From Gemmatimonadota bacterium (GTDB lineage Bacteria; Gemmatimonadota; Gemmatimonadetes; Gemmatimonadales; GWC2-71-9): a stretch of 64,000 bases of DNA. The notes beneath the pieces were generated by a model, which did no database searches, had not been told where the DNA came from, and saw only the letters and a list, made by a program, of their open reading frames with translations. This document shows, piece by piece, positions 8,699 to 19,835 of this stretch (its first letter is position 1; each line of letters begins with the position of its first letter). The stretch covers positions 357 to 64,356 of the forward strand of contig JBDHLU010000011.1 of the NCBI GenBank assembly GCA_039656555.1. The letters run 5' to 3'. The position numbers were made by a program, and so were the translations under genes.

Positions 8699-10041
8699 GA
8701 GGGAAAGAGCTTGATGACTTCCTGAATGGCGTCCGGAAGGGCAAAGACGACGACCTGGTCGCCGACCCGAACCCTATCCGAACCGCTTGGCACAGTGACC
8801 TCCCCACCATGAATGATCGCGGCGACGATGGCCCCCTCGGGGAACTCCAATTCCTTCAATTGGCGGTTCACTATGGGCGCCTCAGCCGACACGTAGAACG
8901 CGATCGCCTCAGCGTCAGTGCCCTTGAAGGTCGCAACACGCGTCACGCTCCCCCGGCGCACGAGCCGGAGAATCGCGTTGGCCGCAGACAGTCGAGGGCT
9001 AACAACGGCATCCAGCCCGATGCGGCCGGCAAGCGGTACGTACTCACTCTTGTTGACCAGCGTGATGACCTGTTGGGCTCCCGAATGCTTGGCCACCAAT
9101 GACGATAGAATATTCGTTTCGTCTTTGTCGGTGAGAGCGAGGAACGCGTCCATCCCACCGACGCCCTCGAGCTCCAACAGCTCCACGTCGGTGGCATCAC
9201 CGTGGAGGATCAACGCTTTGTCCAGCTTCTCGGCAAGTTCCTGGGCGCGTTCACGTTCTGCGACCAACAGGGTTGCCTGCACGCCGTGTTGGTGGAGCAA
9301 TTGCGCCAGGTAGAACGCTTCAACGCTGCCTCCCGCGATCATCACTCGCTTCAGTTGCGCCCGCTCATGACCGCACAGTTCCAACGCATGCGGTATCTCG
9401 TCGACGGTCGTAGCAACATAGAGTTGGTCATTTTCTTGAAGGACTGTAGATCCGTTCGGCACGATCGTTTCACCGTTTCGCTGTACGGCGACCGTCAGCA
9501 ACGGTCGGTCGCCTTCTTCGACCGCTATGTCTTGGAGTTTACGCCCGACGATCGGGGCCTCGGGAGCGAGCTGCAGGCCGAGGACTTGTACGGCGCCATC
9601 AGCGAACACCGCAATGTCAGTCGCCGCCGTGGCCTGCAACAACCGGATGGTTTCGAGGGCCAACTCGCGTTCGGGATTGATCAGAACATCCACACCGAAC
9701 CGTTCGGGGTAAAGGTGTTGGGCCTGGCCGTAGAAATCCGGATTCGAGACGCGGGCTACCTTGACGATCCGATGCTCGCTTCGAGCGGTCATGCAACACA
9801 CGAGGTTGACCTCGTCCATGTTGGTGACGGCAATGAGCAGACCCGCCTTCTGAATCCCAGCTTGTTCCAGTACCGCCGGGCTCGTCCCACTCCCCACAAT
9901 CACGGCCACGTCGAGGTGACTGGAAACGTAGTCGAGGCGATTCGGATCCACATCCACCACGACGACGTCGTGCCGTTCGTTCGTGAGACGTTCGGCTACG
10001 TGATACCCGACTTCACCAGCACCAACCACAATGACCCTCAT
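8695..10041 (-). CDS. trkA: Potassium uptake protein TrkA (two RCK/NAD-binding modules)
   Basis: MRVIVVGAGEVGYHVAERL and a second Rossmann motif (VMIAGGSVEAFYLAQLL), 448 aa, upstream of trkH. Confidence 0.9.
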   Translation of the reverse strand: MRVIVVGAGEVGYHVAERLTNERHDVVVVDVDPNRLDYVSSHLDVAVIVGSGTSPAVLEQAGIQKAGLLIAVTNMDEVNLVCCMTARSEHRIVKVARVSNPDFYGQAQHLYPERFGVDVLINPERELALETIRLLQATAATDIAVFADGAVQVLGLQLAPEAPIVGRKLQDIAVEEGDRPLLTVAVQRNGETIVPNGSTVLQENDQLYVATTVDEIPHALELCGHERAQLKRVMIAGGSVEAFYLAQLLHQHGVQATLLVAERERAQELAEKLDKALILHGDATDVELLELEGVGGMDAFLALTDKDETNILSSLVAKHSGAQQVITLVNKSEYVPLAGRIGLDAVVSPRLSAANAILRLVRRGSVTRVATFKGTDAEAIAFYVSAEAPIVNRQLKELEFPEGAIVAAIIHGGEVTVPSGSDRVRVGDQVVVFALPDAIQEVIKLFPS

Positions 10042-10068
10042 ATGCCCCGAATCATGCTGGTGTCCGCC

Positions 10069-11088
10069 TCAATTCGCAATCTCACTCGCCATGATACTGG
10101 CTGCGCGCCCGACCTCCTCGTGCGTCACATTCAAATGAAACACGGCACGCACGCGCTTGGTCCCGAATTCCACGAGACGCAGACCGGCTGCCTCGAGTTT
10201 GGCAACAGCCGACGCCGCGTCATCTTTTCCGCGAAGTTTGACGATCACGATGTTGGTTTCAGGCGTAACTATATCCAGCAAGGGATGGTCGCTCAACAGT
10301 GACGCCCAGAGCCTCGCGTGTTCGTGATCTCTGGCCAGCCGATCCAGATGATGATCCAGCGCGTATAGACACGCTGCCGTCAACATCCCGGTCTGCCGCA
10401 TCCCTCCCCCCAGGCGCTTTCGGACCTCCCAGGCCCGGTCGATCGTGTCCGCATCACCGATCAAACAGCTTCCCACTGGGCATCCCAGCCCCTTAGAGAA
10501 CGACACCATGACCGTGTCGGCACCCTGAGCAATGCGATCCAACGAGACGCCCTGCGCAACCGCAGCGTTCCAGATCCGAGCCCCATCCAGGTGCAATGGC
10601 ACTGCGCGACGCCGCGCCACCTCTACGAGGTCGGTCCACATATCCACGGGAGCTACCCTGCCTCCCGCCGAGTTGTGGGTGTTCTCGACCGACATCATCG
10701 AAATCCGTGGCGTATATCGTGAGGGTCCTCGCCACGCAGCATCAGCGAGCGCGGCGGTCAACATGCCGTCGGGAGTGGATACCGGTCGCGCCTGGACCCC
10801 TGAAACGACGCTGAGCGCTCCCAACTCGTAGTGAATCAGGTGGGCGTCCTGTTCCAAGAGAATTTCGGTGCCGGGCTCGGAGAGAAGCCACACGGCTGTT
10901 TGGTTTGCCTGTGTTCCCGATGGGAAAAACAGTGCTGCATCCCGACCAAACATATCGGCCACACGTCGCTCCAGCTTCGCGGTCGTCGGATCCCCGTCCA
11001 GAACATCGTCGCCCACTTCGGCGTCCATCATAGCGCGTCGCATGGAATCGGACGGCTTCGTGACGGTATCGCTCCGTAGATCGATCAC
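10069..11088 (-). CDS. ltaE: Low-specificity L-threonine aldolase
   Basis: IDLRSDTVTKPSDSMRRAM N-terminal signature and SFSKGLG PLP-lysine region. GTG at 11086-11088 overlaps the upstream TGA (GTGA). The track ORF to 11187 is over-extended. Confidence 0.8.
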   Translation of the reverse strand: MIDLRSDTVTKPSDSMRRAMMDAEVGDDVLDGDPTTAKLERRVADMFGRDAALFFPSGTQANQTAVWLLSEPGTEILLEQDAHLIHYELGALSVVSGVQARPVSTPDGMLTAALADAAWRGPSRYTPRISMMSVENTHNSAGGRVAPVDMWTDLVEVARRRAVPLHLDGARIWNAAVAQGVSLDRIAQGADTVMVSFSKGLGCPVGSCLIGDADTIDRAWEVRKRLGGGMRQTGMLTAACLYALDHHLDRLARDHEHARLWASLLSDHPLLDIVTPETNIVIVKLRGKDDAASAVAKLEAAGLRLVEFGTKRVRAVFHLNVTHEEVGRAASIMASEIAN

Positions 11089-11939
11089 GCGAGAATGGCG
11101 AGCTGCACGCGTTGCCGCCGCATCAGGTCGTAGGTCTCGGCCACTTCTCCACCGACTAGGAAAGCGACCGCGGTGTAATAGACCCACAACACGCCGAGCA
11201 ACACCGCAACGGCGTTGGCATTCGAGAGAAGCCTATCGAATGTGGCAAAGTTGGCCAGATAGAGCGTGAATAGCACCTTCGCGATCTCGAAGCTCAACGC
11301 AGCGACCGCTGCAGCCACGATGGCCGTGTCCCACCGGATCGGACGACTGGGCAACACGATGTAGACGACAAAGAAGAGAAACATCCCGACGGCAAACGTG
11401 GACAGCTCGGATACGAACCGACCGACCCACGGCGCGTTCGCGAATGACACCGTGAGGACTGCGTTCGCCACGACTAGCGCCAACGACACCACAACCATCA
11501 CCAGATCGATGCCCTTGCCAACCAAAAAAGAGCGGCTCTCCTCGGTATCGAACACCTCGTTGAGTGCCGAACGGGCACCGGCGAACAACCGGGTGGCAAA
11601 CCAGAGAAAGATCGGCAGGCCGTACAAAGACAGTTGGGCGCGGCTCGAGATCACCCCCTCGATGATGTCTTCCAGCCGTTGGACAGACTCGCTCGTCCCA
11701 CCTCCCGGAAGGAGCGCGTCCATAATCTGAACGATGTCGGTGACGGATTCCTCCCCGGCATGCAACACGAACCCAAGCGTGGCCACCAAGAGAATGGCAA
11801 AGGGCAAGGCGGCCAAGAGCGCCTCGAACGTGAGGGCACTGGCCAGGAAGAGGATGTTGTCCTCATAGGCTCCGGCAGCGACGCGTCGCGCAAACCCCAG
11901 TGGCGAGAAGGCCCACCCACGGCGAACCCGAACCGGCAA
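11085..11939 (-). CDS. YihY/BrkB-family membrane protein
   Basis: LFLASALTFEALLAALPFAILL and about 6 TM helices are typical of the YihY family. TTG start at 11939; the exact start is uncertain. Confidence 0.7.
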   Translation of the reverse strand: MPVRVRRGWAFSPLGFARRVAAGAYEDNILFLASALTFEALLAALPFAILLVATLGFVLHAGEESVTDIVQIMDALLPGGGTSESVQRLEDIIEGVISSRAQLSLYGLPIFLWFATRLFAGARSALNEVFDTEESRSFLVGKGIDLVMVVVSLALVVANAVLTVSFANAPWVGRFVSELSTFAVGMFLFFVVYIVLPSRPIRWDTAIVAAAVAALSFEIAKVLFTLYLANFATFDRLLSNANAVAVLLGVLWVYYTAVAFLVGGEVAETYDLMRRQRVQLAILA

Positions 11940-11960
11940 CGTTGTATCGGGCGTTGTCGG

Positions 11961-12371
11961 CTAGTCCTCGACCTCTTCGGCGGCGGTCACTTTCCGTCTA
12001 GAACGAGACTCCGATAGCCGTCGCTCCAGTTCATCGCGCGCCGAACTCACGGCCGCCTTTCCGGCATCCACTGCCTCCTGCGCATCCGTGCGCCGCTCCG
12101 TGAGGCCATCGCGTACGGACTCGAAACCATCTTCGAATCGCTGCTTGGCATTTTCATAGCCGTCTCCGACGCGCTCCGTCAGATCATCGACGGCCTCGCT
12201 CGCACGATCGCGCACACGGCGGCCTCGTTCGCCAATCACCTTGCGTGTTTCCTCGCCACTTTGCGGAGCCAACAGCAACGCTGCCACCGCCCCGAGCGCG
12301 GCACCAAACAAGAACGCTCCAACCCCACTCGAACGCTCAATCACAATCACTGGCCTGTCATCATGTCCCAT
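11961..12371 (-). CDS. YtxH-domain protein
   Basis: N-terminal helix GAFLFGAALGAVAALLLAPQSGEETR followed by a charged helical region, 136 aa. Confidence 0.7.
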   Translation of the reverse strand: MGHDDRPVIVIERSSGVGAFLFGAALGAVAALLLAPQSGEETRKVIGERGRRVRDRASEAVDDLTERVGDGYENAKQRFEDGFESVRDGLTERRTDAQEAVDAGKAAVSSARDELERRLSESRSRRKVTAAEEVED

Positions 12372-12438
12372 AGGAGCCCCCCAGAAACGTACTCTATTGC
12401 GTTGTCCTAATTGAATTTAGTCGCCAGTCCCGCGAGCG

Positions 12439-13212
12439 TCAAAGAGCGATGGTGAGACCGTCGTAGGCGGGCAAGATGCCTTCGGGCAGGCGTCGCTCCA
12501 AGTCACCATGTGTAAACTTGTGCGTCAAGTGCGTGAAATAGGTCTGTGGTGCGTCGATGCTTTTCGCTACTTCGATCGCTTCGTCGATCGAAAGATGTGT
12601 CGCATGGGGCCGTTCCAACAACGCGTTCAGTATCAAGACCTTAACGCCATACAACACCTCGACGGCACGATCGGAAACCGACTTAGCATCGGTCACATAC
12701 CCTATGTCGCCAACACGATACCCGAAGACCGCCGTCCCGCCGTGATCGATTTCGACCGGGATCACCGGCATACCCGCAATCTCCACTTCGTCCCACGGCG
12801 CCAGCGGCCGTAGTTCGAGATCAGGCTTTGAAGTGCCACGCGCCGGCTGAACCGACGGATCGAAGATGTAGCGGAATCGCGCCTCGATCTCTTTCAGCGT
12901 CCATTCCGGTCCCAGCAACGACAGACTGCCTCGCTTGATGGAAACGGCCCGAAGGTCATCGATTCCATGTACGTGGTCGGCATGCCCGTGGGTGTACAGT
13001 ACGGCGTTCACACCGTCGATCCCGGACGCTACCAGTTGCAGGCGAAGTTCCGGCGGTGTGTCGATGAGAATCCGCTTGCCGGCGTTGTCCTCGATGACGG
13101 CCGCAGTTCGGGTCCGGCGATCGCGTGGATCGCTGGACGTACAAACCCTGCAATCACAGCCGATGACCGGAACACCGAAAGACGTGCCCGACCCGAGCAC
13201 GGTGAGACGCAT
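12439..13212 (-). CDS. MBL-fold metallo-hydrolase (PhnP-like)
   Basis: MRLTVLGSGTSFGVP ... CDCRVC ... YTHGHADHVHG (HxHxDH). Confidence 0.8.
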   Translation of the reverse strand: MRLTVLGSGTSFGVPVIGCDCRVCTSSDPRDRRTRTAAVIEDNAGKRILIDTPPELRLQLVASGIDGVNAVLYTHGHADHVHGIDDLRAVSIKRGSLSLLGPEWTLKEIEARFRYIFDPSVQPARGTSKPDLELRPLAPWDEVEIAGMPVIPVEIDHGGTAVFGYRVGDIGYVTDAKSVSDRAVEVLYGVKVLILNALLERPHATHLSIDEAIEVAKSIDAPQTYFTHLTHKFTHGDLERRLPEGILPAYDGLTIAL

Positions 13213-13215
13213 CGA

Positions 13216-14625
13216 CTAGATGGTCTCCACCTTTAGTAAGTTGGTCGTGCCCGGAACGTCGAACGGAACGCCCGCGGTCACGATGACACGGTCGCCCGCT
13301 TGAACGAACCTACGCTCCAGCAGTTCTTCGCGCGCACGCCCTAACATGGCGTCATAAGTCGGGACCTCGCGCACCAGAACCGGGGCAACACCCCATACGA
13401 GGGACAGGTAGCAACACGTCTCGGGTTCGGTCGACAACCCGAGTATGGGGGGTACCGGCCTGTGGGCGGAAATCTTTCGGGCCGTAAACCCGCTCTTGGT
13501 GAAACACACGATCGCCGGAACATCGAGCAGCGTCGCCGCCACCGTCGTCGCAGATGCGATGGCATCATCCGCTGCTGACGTGCGGTCACCGGATCGGAAA
13601 TGCGAACGACGCGCATTGGGAGGAAACTCGTCGAACGACTGTTCGACCTCGACAATGATGCGAGCCATCGCCTTGACTGTAGCGACGGGGTACTGTCCGA
13701 TTGCGGTCTCCCCCGACAACATCACTGCATCGGTCCCATCGAGAATCGCGTTGGCTACGTCGGACGCTTCGGCACGGGTCGGACGTGGGTGCTGAATCAT
13801 CGATTCGAGCATTTGCGTCGCCGTGATGACCGGGCACGCGTGATCGTTGGCCATGCCAATCAATCGCTTCTGCGTCAGCGGCACCTCTTCAAAGGGCAGC
13901 TCCACGCCAAGGTCGCCGCGGGCTACCATCAGGACGTCACTCACGTCCACGATTCGTGGGAGGTCGTCGACGGCCGCAGCCTTCTCGATCTTCGCCACGA
14001 CGTTGACCCCGGGCGGAATCAACTTCCGGATGCCCTCGATATCTTCCGCACGGCGCACGAACGACACGCCAATAAAGTTGGCTCCGTAATCGATGGCCAC
14101 CTTCAGTGTTTCACGATCAACATCGGTCACGGTCGGGGCGCTGACGTTGACCCCCGGGAGATTGATGCCCTTGTTCGACAGCAGCTGTCCTCCATGTCGA
14201 ACCACGGCGTGGACACGATCACCCTTGATGTGCTGTACCTCGGCGGCAATGAGACCGTCGTTCAACAGCACCCGAGACCCGGGTTCCACATCGTTCGCCA
14301 ATTCTGGATAGGTGGTTGGGATCTCGTCGCTCGTAGCCGACGACTCGGGCGCAAAAACAACCTTCGCACCGTCGGCTAATTCGAGGGGTTCCGGGAGGGT
14401 GCCAACACGAATGCGTGGTCCGCGTAGATCCACCAACACGCCAACATGACGGTCCATCTTCTCGGAGAGCGCCCGAACGCGTTCGATCCAACTGCACCAA
14501 ATTGCGGGCGAGCCGTGTGAACTGTTTATGCGAACCACATCGACACCCGCCTCCAACATCTGTCGCAGCACCGCCTCATCCGCGGAAGCCGGTCCCAACG
14601 TGGCGACGATCTTGGTCCGTCTCAT
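13216..14625 (-). CDS. pyk: Pyruvate kinase
   Basis: MRRTKIVATLGPAS, MVARGDLGVE, TQMLESM motifs; 469 aa. Confidence 0.95.
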   Translation of the reverse strand: MRRTKIVATLGPASADEAVLRQMLEAGVDVVRINSSHGSPAIWCSWIERVRALSEKMDRHVGVLVDLRGPRIRVGTLPEPLELADGAKVVFAPESSATSDEIPTTYPELANDVEPGSRVLLNDGLIAAEVQHIKGDRVHAVVRHGGQLLSNKGINLPGVNVSAPTVTDVDRETLKVAIDYGANFIGVSFVRRAEDIEGIRKLIPPGVNVVAKIEKAAAVDDLPRIVDVSDVLMVARGDLGVELPFEEVPLTQKRLIGMANDHACPVITATQMLESMIQHPRPTRAEASDVANAILDGTDAVMLSGETAIGQYPVATVKAMARIIVEVEQSFDEFPPNARRSHFRSGDRTSAADDAIASATTVAATLLDVPAIVCFTKSGFTARKISAHRPVPPILGLSTEPETCCYLSLVWGVAPVLVREVPTYDAMLGRAREELLERRFVQAGDRVIVTAGVPFDVPGTTNLLKVETI

Positions 14626-14631
14626 ATGCTC

Positions 14632-15411
14632 TCACTCATTTGATTCCGTTTGCTCCAACCGCTTGACCAGCGCCGGCAGGGCCGCGCCTGCTCTTTCGAC
14701 CCAGGCAACCGTGGTAGCCTGAGAAAGTGGAGTCCGATCGGGGTTTATCTCAATCACGCTAGCGCCCTGCCGTTGCGCAACCAGTGGAAGCTCGGCAGCG
14801 GGGTACACGATGGCCGAGGTACCCACGACGAGTACGGCGTCTGCAGCTTCGACAGACGCCCACGCCGACCGTACCGCATTATCGGGCAGCGATTCTCCAA
14901 ACCACACTACCCCAGGACGGATCGGGGCGCCGCACGCGTCACAGACCGGAGCCGCGGTCGAGTGATCGGCCCCCGCTGATGCGCCGAACTGCGACGGATC
15001 CCAAGGATGCCCTTCGTCACTGCAGCGGAAGGCCTCCAGTGATCCGTGTAGCTCGATGACCTCTGACGACCCTGCCCGTTGGTGAAGACCGTCTACATTC
15101 TGCGTAATGATCGTGAAACGTTCGAAACGCAAGGCGAGTCGGACGAGAGCGTCGTGGCCCGCATGGGGCGAAACCGCACGCGCTCGCCGCCACCGTTCGA
15201 AGTACCAATCAAAGACAAGACTTGGGTTGTGGGCAAACGCCTCTGGAGTCGCCAATTGCATCGGGTCGTAGCGAGACCAAAGCCCCGTGAGTGCATCACG
15301 AAACGTTGGCACCCCGGATTCCCGTGACATACCAGCACCCGTGAGAACGACGACACGCTGAGCATCCGCCAAGCATTCGGCGGATCGTGTGAGGGGGTCA
15401 GCGCCTGACAC
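14632..15411 (-). CDS. cobB: NAD-dependent protein deacylase (sirtuin)
   Basis: GAGMSRESGVPTFRD and TQNVDGLHQRAG sirtuin motifs, plus Cys pairs for Zn. GTG start. Confidence 0.85.
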   Translation of the reverse strand: MSGADPLTRSAECLADAQRVVVLTGAGMSRESGVPTFRDALTGLWSRYDPMQLATPEAFAHNPSLVFDWYFERWRRARAVSPHAGHDALVRLALRFERFTIITQNVDGLHQRAGSSEVIELHGSLEAFRCSDEGHPWDPSQFGASAGADHSTAAPVCDACGAPIRPGVVWFGESLPDNAVRSAWASVEAADAVLVVGTSAIVYPAAELPLVAQRQGASVIEINPDRTPLSQATTVAWVERAGAALPALVKRLEQTESNE

Positions 15412-15423
15412 TGACCGGGACTG

Positions 15424-16659
15424 CTAGGAGGCTGCGACCGGGTCGCCGGCGGGATAGGTACGCGCCACGTATCCGTTCAAGATCTCCTGAAACTCCTCGA
15501 CGATACGATCCCCCTTGAGGGTCACCGACAATTCACCATCGATGTAGACAGGAGCTTTCGGTTCTTCGGCTGTGCCTGGCAGCGATATCCCGATGTTCGC
15601 GTGTTTCGACTCTCCGGGACCGTTCACGACGCAACCCATCACGGCAACGCGCATCGTTTCGACACCGGGGTGTTCCGCACGCCAGACTGGGATCCGATCC
15701 TCGAGGTAGTCCTGGATCTGCTCGGCCATTTCCTGGAAGAACGTGCTCGTCGTCCGACCGCACCCAGGGCACGCCGTTACTTGCGGCAAGAAAGCTCGGA
15801 GATCGAGCGATTGCAGAATCTGCTGCGCTACGCGCACCTCTTCCGTGCGGTCGCCGCCCGGAGCCGGTGTGAGTGAGATCCGAATCGTATCGCCGATGCC
15901 CTCCAGGAGTAGGGCACCCACCGCCGCGGCACTCGCCACCACACCCTTGGTACCCATCCCCGCCTCGGTCAGTCCAAGATGTAACGGATAGTCAGAGAGT
16001 GGTGCCAGAAGACGATAGACATCTATCAAATCCTGGACCATCGACATCTTGACCGAGAGGAGAATCCGATCGTGGGCGAGCCCAGCCTCTTCCGCGAGGG
16101 CGGCCGAACGCATCGCGCTCTCTACCATGGCCTCGAACATCACGTGGCGGGCCTCCTTGGGTGTCTTGCTCGCCGCGTTCGCATCCATGAGCTCGGTCAA
16201 CAGCGCCTTGTCGAGCGACCCCCAATTGACCCCAATGCGCACCGGCTTGTCAGAGTCGAGGGCGACTTCGACGATCATCCGGAAATGCTCGTCGCGTCGC
16301 TTCGCGCCGACGTTTCCTGGATTGATCCGGTATTTGGCGAGCGCCTCGGCACAATCGGGGTACTTCGTGAGAAGCAGATGACCGTTATAGTGAAAATCGC
16401 CGATGATCGGTACGGTCACGCCGTCATCGCGAAGCTGACGCGTGATCTCCGGTACTGCCCGGGCCGCGGCGTCGTTGTTGACCGTAACGCGGACGAGTTC
16501 GCTGCCGGCTTCGGCCAGCGCCGCCACCTGCTCCACGGTTGCTGCGACGTCCGCTGTGTCGGTGTTGGTCATGGATTGGACGACGATCGGGTGGCATGAC
16601 CCGACGGGGACGTCTCCAACCCAGACTGATACGGTCTGACGGCGTGCTACCAGAGGCAT
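15424..16659 (-). CDS. ispG: 4-hydroxy-3-methylbut-2-en-1-yl diphosphate synthase
   Basis: GcpE pattern: [20 protein letters not shown]-terminal CPGCGRT...GCVVNGPGE Fe-S ligands. Confidence 0.95.
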   Translation of the reverse strand: MPLVARRQTVSVWVGDVPVGSCHPIVVQSMTNTDTADVAATVEQVAALAEAGSELVRVTVNNDAAARAVPEITRQLRDDGVTVPIIGDFHYNGHLLLTKYPDCAEALAKYRINPGNVGAKRRDEHFRMIVEVALDSDKPVRIGVNWGSLDKALLTELMDANAASKTPKEARHVMFEAMVESAMRSAALAEEAGLAHDRILLSVKMSMVQDLIDVYRLLAPLSDYPLHLGLTEAGMGTKGVVASAAAVGALLLEGIGDTIRISLTPAPGGDRTEEVRVAQQILQSLDLRAFLPQVTACPGCGRTTSTFFQEMAEQIQDYLEDRIPVWRAEHPGVETMRVAVMGCVVNGPGESKHANIGISLPGTAEEPKAPVYIDGELSVTLKGDRIVEEFQEILNGYVARTYPAGDPVAAS

Positions 16660-16671
16660 TGCAAGCGGGAC

Positions 16672-17049
16672 CTAGCCGACGTTCTCCCAGTCTACTGTGT
16701 AGGCGCCGTTGCAATGCACGCATTTGAGGTGGGGGGTATCCGGGGGCGCCATGTCGGCCCTCGACTGGCAAGCCGGGCACACGACGTAGGTCAGGCCGTG
16801 GTTTTCCTCAATGGCTCGTTGCGCGCCACGTTGCGTGTCTTGCCACTCGACCACCGTCCACATGGACGGTCGCACTTCGGAAAGCACCAACATGTCTCGC
16901 GGCACCGCCACGTTGTTCTTTTGAACGTCGAGCACAATCATAGCTGTGCTTCCCATCTCGTTCACGATCGGGTACCAAGCTCCGCGCCGAAGTCCGTGCG
17001 CGCCAGGTTTGGGCCGTGCCCATTTGTCCAGTGCCATTGCTGACCTCAT
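16672..17049 (-). CDS. Hypothetical protein with C-terminal zinc ribbon
   Basis: 125 aa. ATG preceded by GAGGAG at 8 nt. CPACQ-x16-CVHCN. No family recognised. Confidence 0.5.
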   Translation of the reverse strand: MRSAMALDKWARPKPGAHGLRRGAWYPIVNEMGSTAMIVLDVQKNNVAVPRDMLVLSEVRPSMWTVVEWQDTQRGAQRAIEENHGLTYVVCPACQSRADMAPPDTPHLKCVHCNGAYTVDWENVG

Positions 17050-17097
17050 TTGACCGTCTCCTCAGCTAGAGAATCTAGCGCTGGTATGACCGTATGC

Positions 17098-17129
17098 ACA
17101 AAAAATGCGGGGGACCCAAGGCCCCCCGC
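17098..17129 (-). terminator. Rho-independent terminator after nrdJ
   Basis: Minus strand reads GCGGGGGGCCTTGGGTCCCCCGC, a GC-rich hairpin, followed by ATTTTTTGTG. It lies 35 nt downstream of the nrdJ stop. Confidence 0.7.
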
Positions 17130-17163
17130 CGTGTCGCATGTCACAAAGCTTGTCCCGAATAGC

Positions 17164-19653
17164 CTATCCACACTCTGAGTAGCCGCAGACGTGACATTTC
17201 ACGCAGCCCTCGGCGAACTCCAGCTGAGACCCACAATCGGGGCAGGCTCCGGCGTGCTGCTCTGCGTTCTGGACGTCAAACGCGAATTGCTCGCCACCTC
17301 GCGTTTGGCCCACCTGCTGGACGACCTGCACCGGCGCGCCATCGCCTTCGGTGGGCGCCTCGAGGAGCTCCTGCTGCACACCCTGTTTGTCCTGCATGTA
17401 GCGTTCGATCGCAATGCCGATGGCATCGGGGACCGAGAGCACCTTGTTCGGGCCAAGACCCGTAATCCGGTCGGACGAGATGCCCCGAAGCTGGCGGTAA
17501 ATCTGCTTCAGTGGGATGCCGGAACGCAGGGCCAATGAAATGAGCCGGCCTATAGCCTCGACATCCGCCATCAGGGCGCCGCCCGCCTTGCCGAGGCTCA
17601 TGAACACCTCGAATGGTTGCCCTAAGTCGTCTTCCGTAATCGTCACGTAGATCGTACCGAGCGGCGATTCGAGGCGTCGCGTCGCGCCCTTGAGCAGCTC
17701 TGGGCGGGAGCGCTTGGCACGGCGCTGGAGGTTCTCGGACTCGACCTCGTGAAGCTGTTGCTTGGTGCGGCTGAGTTCGGCCTCGAGTTCGGCGATCGTG
17801 GCCTTGAGTTGGGCATGTGCCTCGCGTGACGGCGTGTCGCCCACGGCCTGCTCTTGTACCTTCTTGGCAGTTTTCCCCGTAGAAAGGACCTGCATGTCGC
17901 GACTGCCGTCGCGATATACAGTTACGCCCTTGCAGTTCAGGGCGAAGGCCATTTCGTAGATCTCCCGCACGTAACTTTCGGCAGCCTCATTCGGGAAGTT
18001 GCAGGTTTTCGAAATCGCCGAGTCGGTGTACCGCTGGAATGCCGCCTGCATCTTGATGTGCCATTCGGGCGTGACGTCGTGCGCGGTCACGAACACGCGC
18101 TGCCACTGTTTGGGAACCTCATCGAAGTGGATATGCCCGGATTCGGCGATCCGTGTCATGAGATCGTCCGAATACCAGCCTTCGGCTTTGGCGATCTCGA
18201 CGAAGTGATCGTTGACATCCGGCATGAGCTCGCCGGCTTGGTTCCGCATGAACGCCACGGCAAACAAGGGCTCGATCCCCGATGAGCAACCGGCGATGAT
18301 GGAAATCGTACCCGTGGGTGCGACGGTCGTGAGGTTACAGTTGCGGAGGCGGCGTTCCGGGCGAACACGCTCTCCATTGGGCCGACGGGCGCACGTTGCA
18401 TCGGGGCCCCAGATGCTCTTCTCCCATTCCGGGAACGTGCCGCGCACGGCCACCAATCGTTCGCTCTCAACCTTCGACTCATCGTCGACAAAGGCCTGGA
18501 GCTTTTCGGCCCATCGGATGGCCTCTTCCGAGTGGTACGGGACGCCCAGCTCGATGAGAAAATCTGCCCACCCCATAATGCCGAGCCCAATTCGGCGGAT
18601 CCGATTCGCGAGGTCGGTGATTTCCGGAAGCGGATACTTGTTGGCGTCTATGACGTTGTCGAGGAAGTGCGTGCACAGGTGCACGGTCTTCCGAAGCCCC
18701 TCCCAATCGACCTCGCCGTTGTTGACGAACAGACCAACGTTGATCGATCCCAGATTGCAGACATCGTAGGATAAGAGCGGCTGTTCACCGCATGGATTGG
18801 TGGCTTCGTACGACCCGAGGTGTGGCACGGGATTGTATTCGTTCGCGCGATCGACGAAGAAGACTCCGGGTTCACCGGTCTTCCATGCACCGTGGACTAT
18901 CTTGTCGAACACTTCGCGCGCGTCCAAGTGACCAACCACCTCACCAGTCCGCGGGTGGATCAGGTCGTACTCCGCCTCGTCCTTCACGGCCTTCATGAAC
19001 GCGTCGGTCACCGCGACGGAGATGTTGAAGTTAGTAATCTGCGTAGTGTCGTTCTTGCACGTGATAAAGTCGAGGATGTCCGGATGATCGACGCGCAGAA
19101 TGCCCATGTTGGCCCCGCGACGGGTACCACCTTGCTTCACGACTTCGGTGGACGAGTCGTACAGCGACATGAACGACACCGGGCCCGACGCGACACCCAT
19201 AGTGGAGCGGACGATATCGTCAGTAGGACGGATGCGCGAAAACCCGAACCCCGTGCCACCACCCGATTGGTGGACCAATGCCATATTGCGCAGCGTGTCG
19301 TAGATACCGCTCTTGCCATTGGAGAGCGCGTCATCGACGGGAAGAACGAAACACGCCGACAACTGCCCCAGGGGACGACCGGCGTTCATCAGAGTGGGAC
19401 TGTTCGGCATCCACACGCGTGTCGCCATCAACTCGTAGAACGTCTCGGTCAACGCTTCGACCGCACCCGGACTAGCTCCGTATTGCGCGTCGGCCTCCGC
19501 TATGGTTGTCGCCACGCGCCAGAAAAGGTCTTCGGGTCGTTCTACTGGGTTGCCGTTTTCGTCCTTCACCAGGTAGCGCTTCTTGAGCACCGTGATCGCA
19601 TTGCCGCTCAGTTGCGGTGTCTCGTGTCGCCCAGCATCGCCCGAAATGGCCAT
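17164..19653 (-). CDS. nrdJ: Ribonucleotide reductase, class II (adenosylcobalamin-dependent) type
   Basis: 829-aa single chain with [20 protein letters not shown] active-site loop. No beta-subunit gene nearby. C-terminal CPDCG...CVKCHVCG zinc ribbon. Confidence 0.85.
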   Translation of the reverse strand: MAISGDAGRHETPQLSGNAITVLKKRYLVKDENGNPVERPEDLFWRVATTIAEADAQYGASPGAVEALTETFYELMATRVWMPNSPTLMNAGRPLGQLSACFVLPVDDALSNGKSGIYDTLRNMALVHQSGGGTGFGFSRIRPTDDIVRSTMGVASGPVSFMSLYDSSTEVVKQGGTRRGANMGILRVDHPDILDFITCKNDTTQITNFNISVAVTDAFMKAVKDEAEYDLIHPRTGEVVGHLDAREVFDKIVHGAWKTGEPGVFFVDRANEYNPVPHLGSYEATNPCGEQPLLSYDVCNLGSINVGLFVNNGEVDWEGLRKTVHLCTHFLDNVIDANKYPLPEITDLANRIRRIGLGIMGWADFLIELGVPYHSEEAIRWAEKLQAFVDDESKVESERLVAVRGTFPEWEKSIWGPDATCARRPNGERVRPERRLRNCNLTTVAPTGTISIIAGCSSGIEPLFAVAFMRNQAGELMPDVNDHFVEIAKAEGWYSDDLMTRIAESGHIHFDEVPKQWQRVFVTAHDVTPEWHIKMQAAFQRYTDSAISKTCNFPNEAAESYVREIYEMAFALNCKGVTVYRDGSRDMQVLSTGKTAKKVQEQAVGDTPSREAHAQLKATIAELEAELSRTKQQLHEVESENLQRRAKRSRPELLKGATRRLESPLGTIYVTITEDDLGQPFEVFMSLGKAGGALMADVEAIGRLISLALRSGIPLKQIYRQLRGISSDRITGLGPNKVLSVPDAIGIAIERYMQDKQGVQQELLEAPTEGDGAPVQVVQQVGQTRGGEQFAFDVQNAEQHAGACPDCGSQLEFAEGCVKCHVCGYSECG

Positions 19654-19835
19654 AGCGCTCCGCCTCCGTGCCGGAGGAGTTCGAGGTGTGTTATCAAAAA
19701 CTAGCGCGTGGAGGATTCGGCATAGCCGGAACTTCGGCGCGGGGTGATCAAATTAGAAACTGCATGGTGGCGATGCAAGTGCAGGGGAGTCACCGCAAAG
19801 AGGCTCCGAGAACGATTTTGCACATCACAAACCTG

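Noticed and set aside
19654-19835. nrdJ 5' leader. I looked for a cobalamin riboswitch and NrdR boxes, and noted a CCUCCG-GCA-CGGAGG hairpin that could mask the Shine-Dalgarno sequence.
   Set aside because: There is no B12-box-like sequence and no 16-bp NrdR palindrome pair. The hairpin is only 6 bp with a 3-nt loop, and a second GGAG closer to the ATG remains free. That is too weak to call regulatory.
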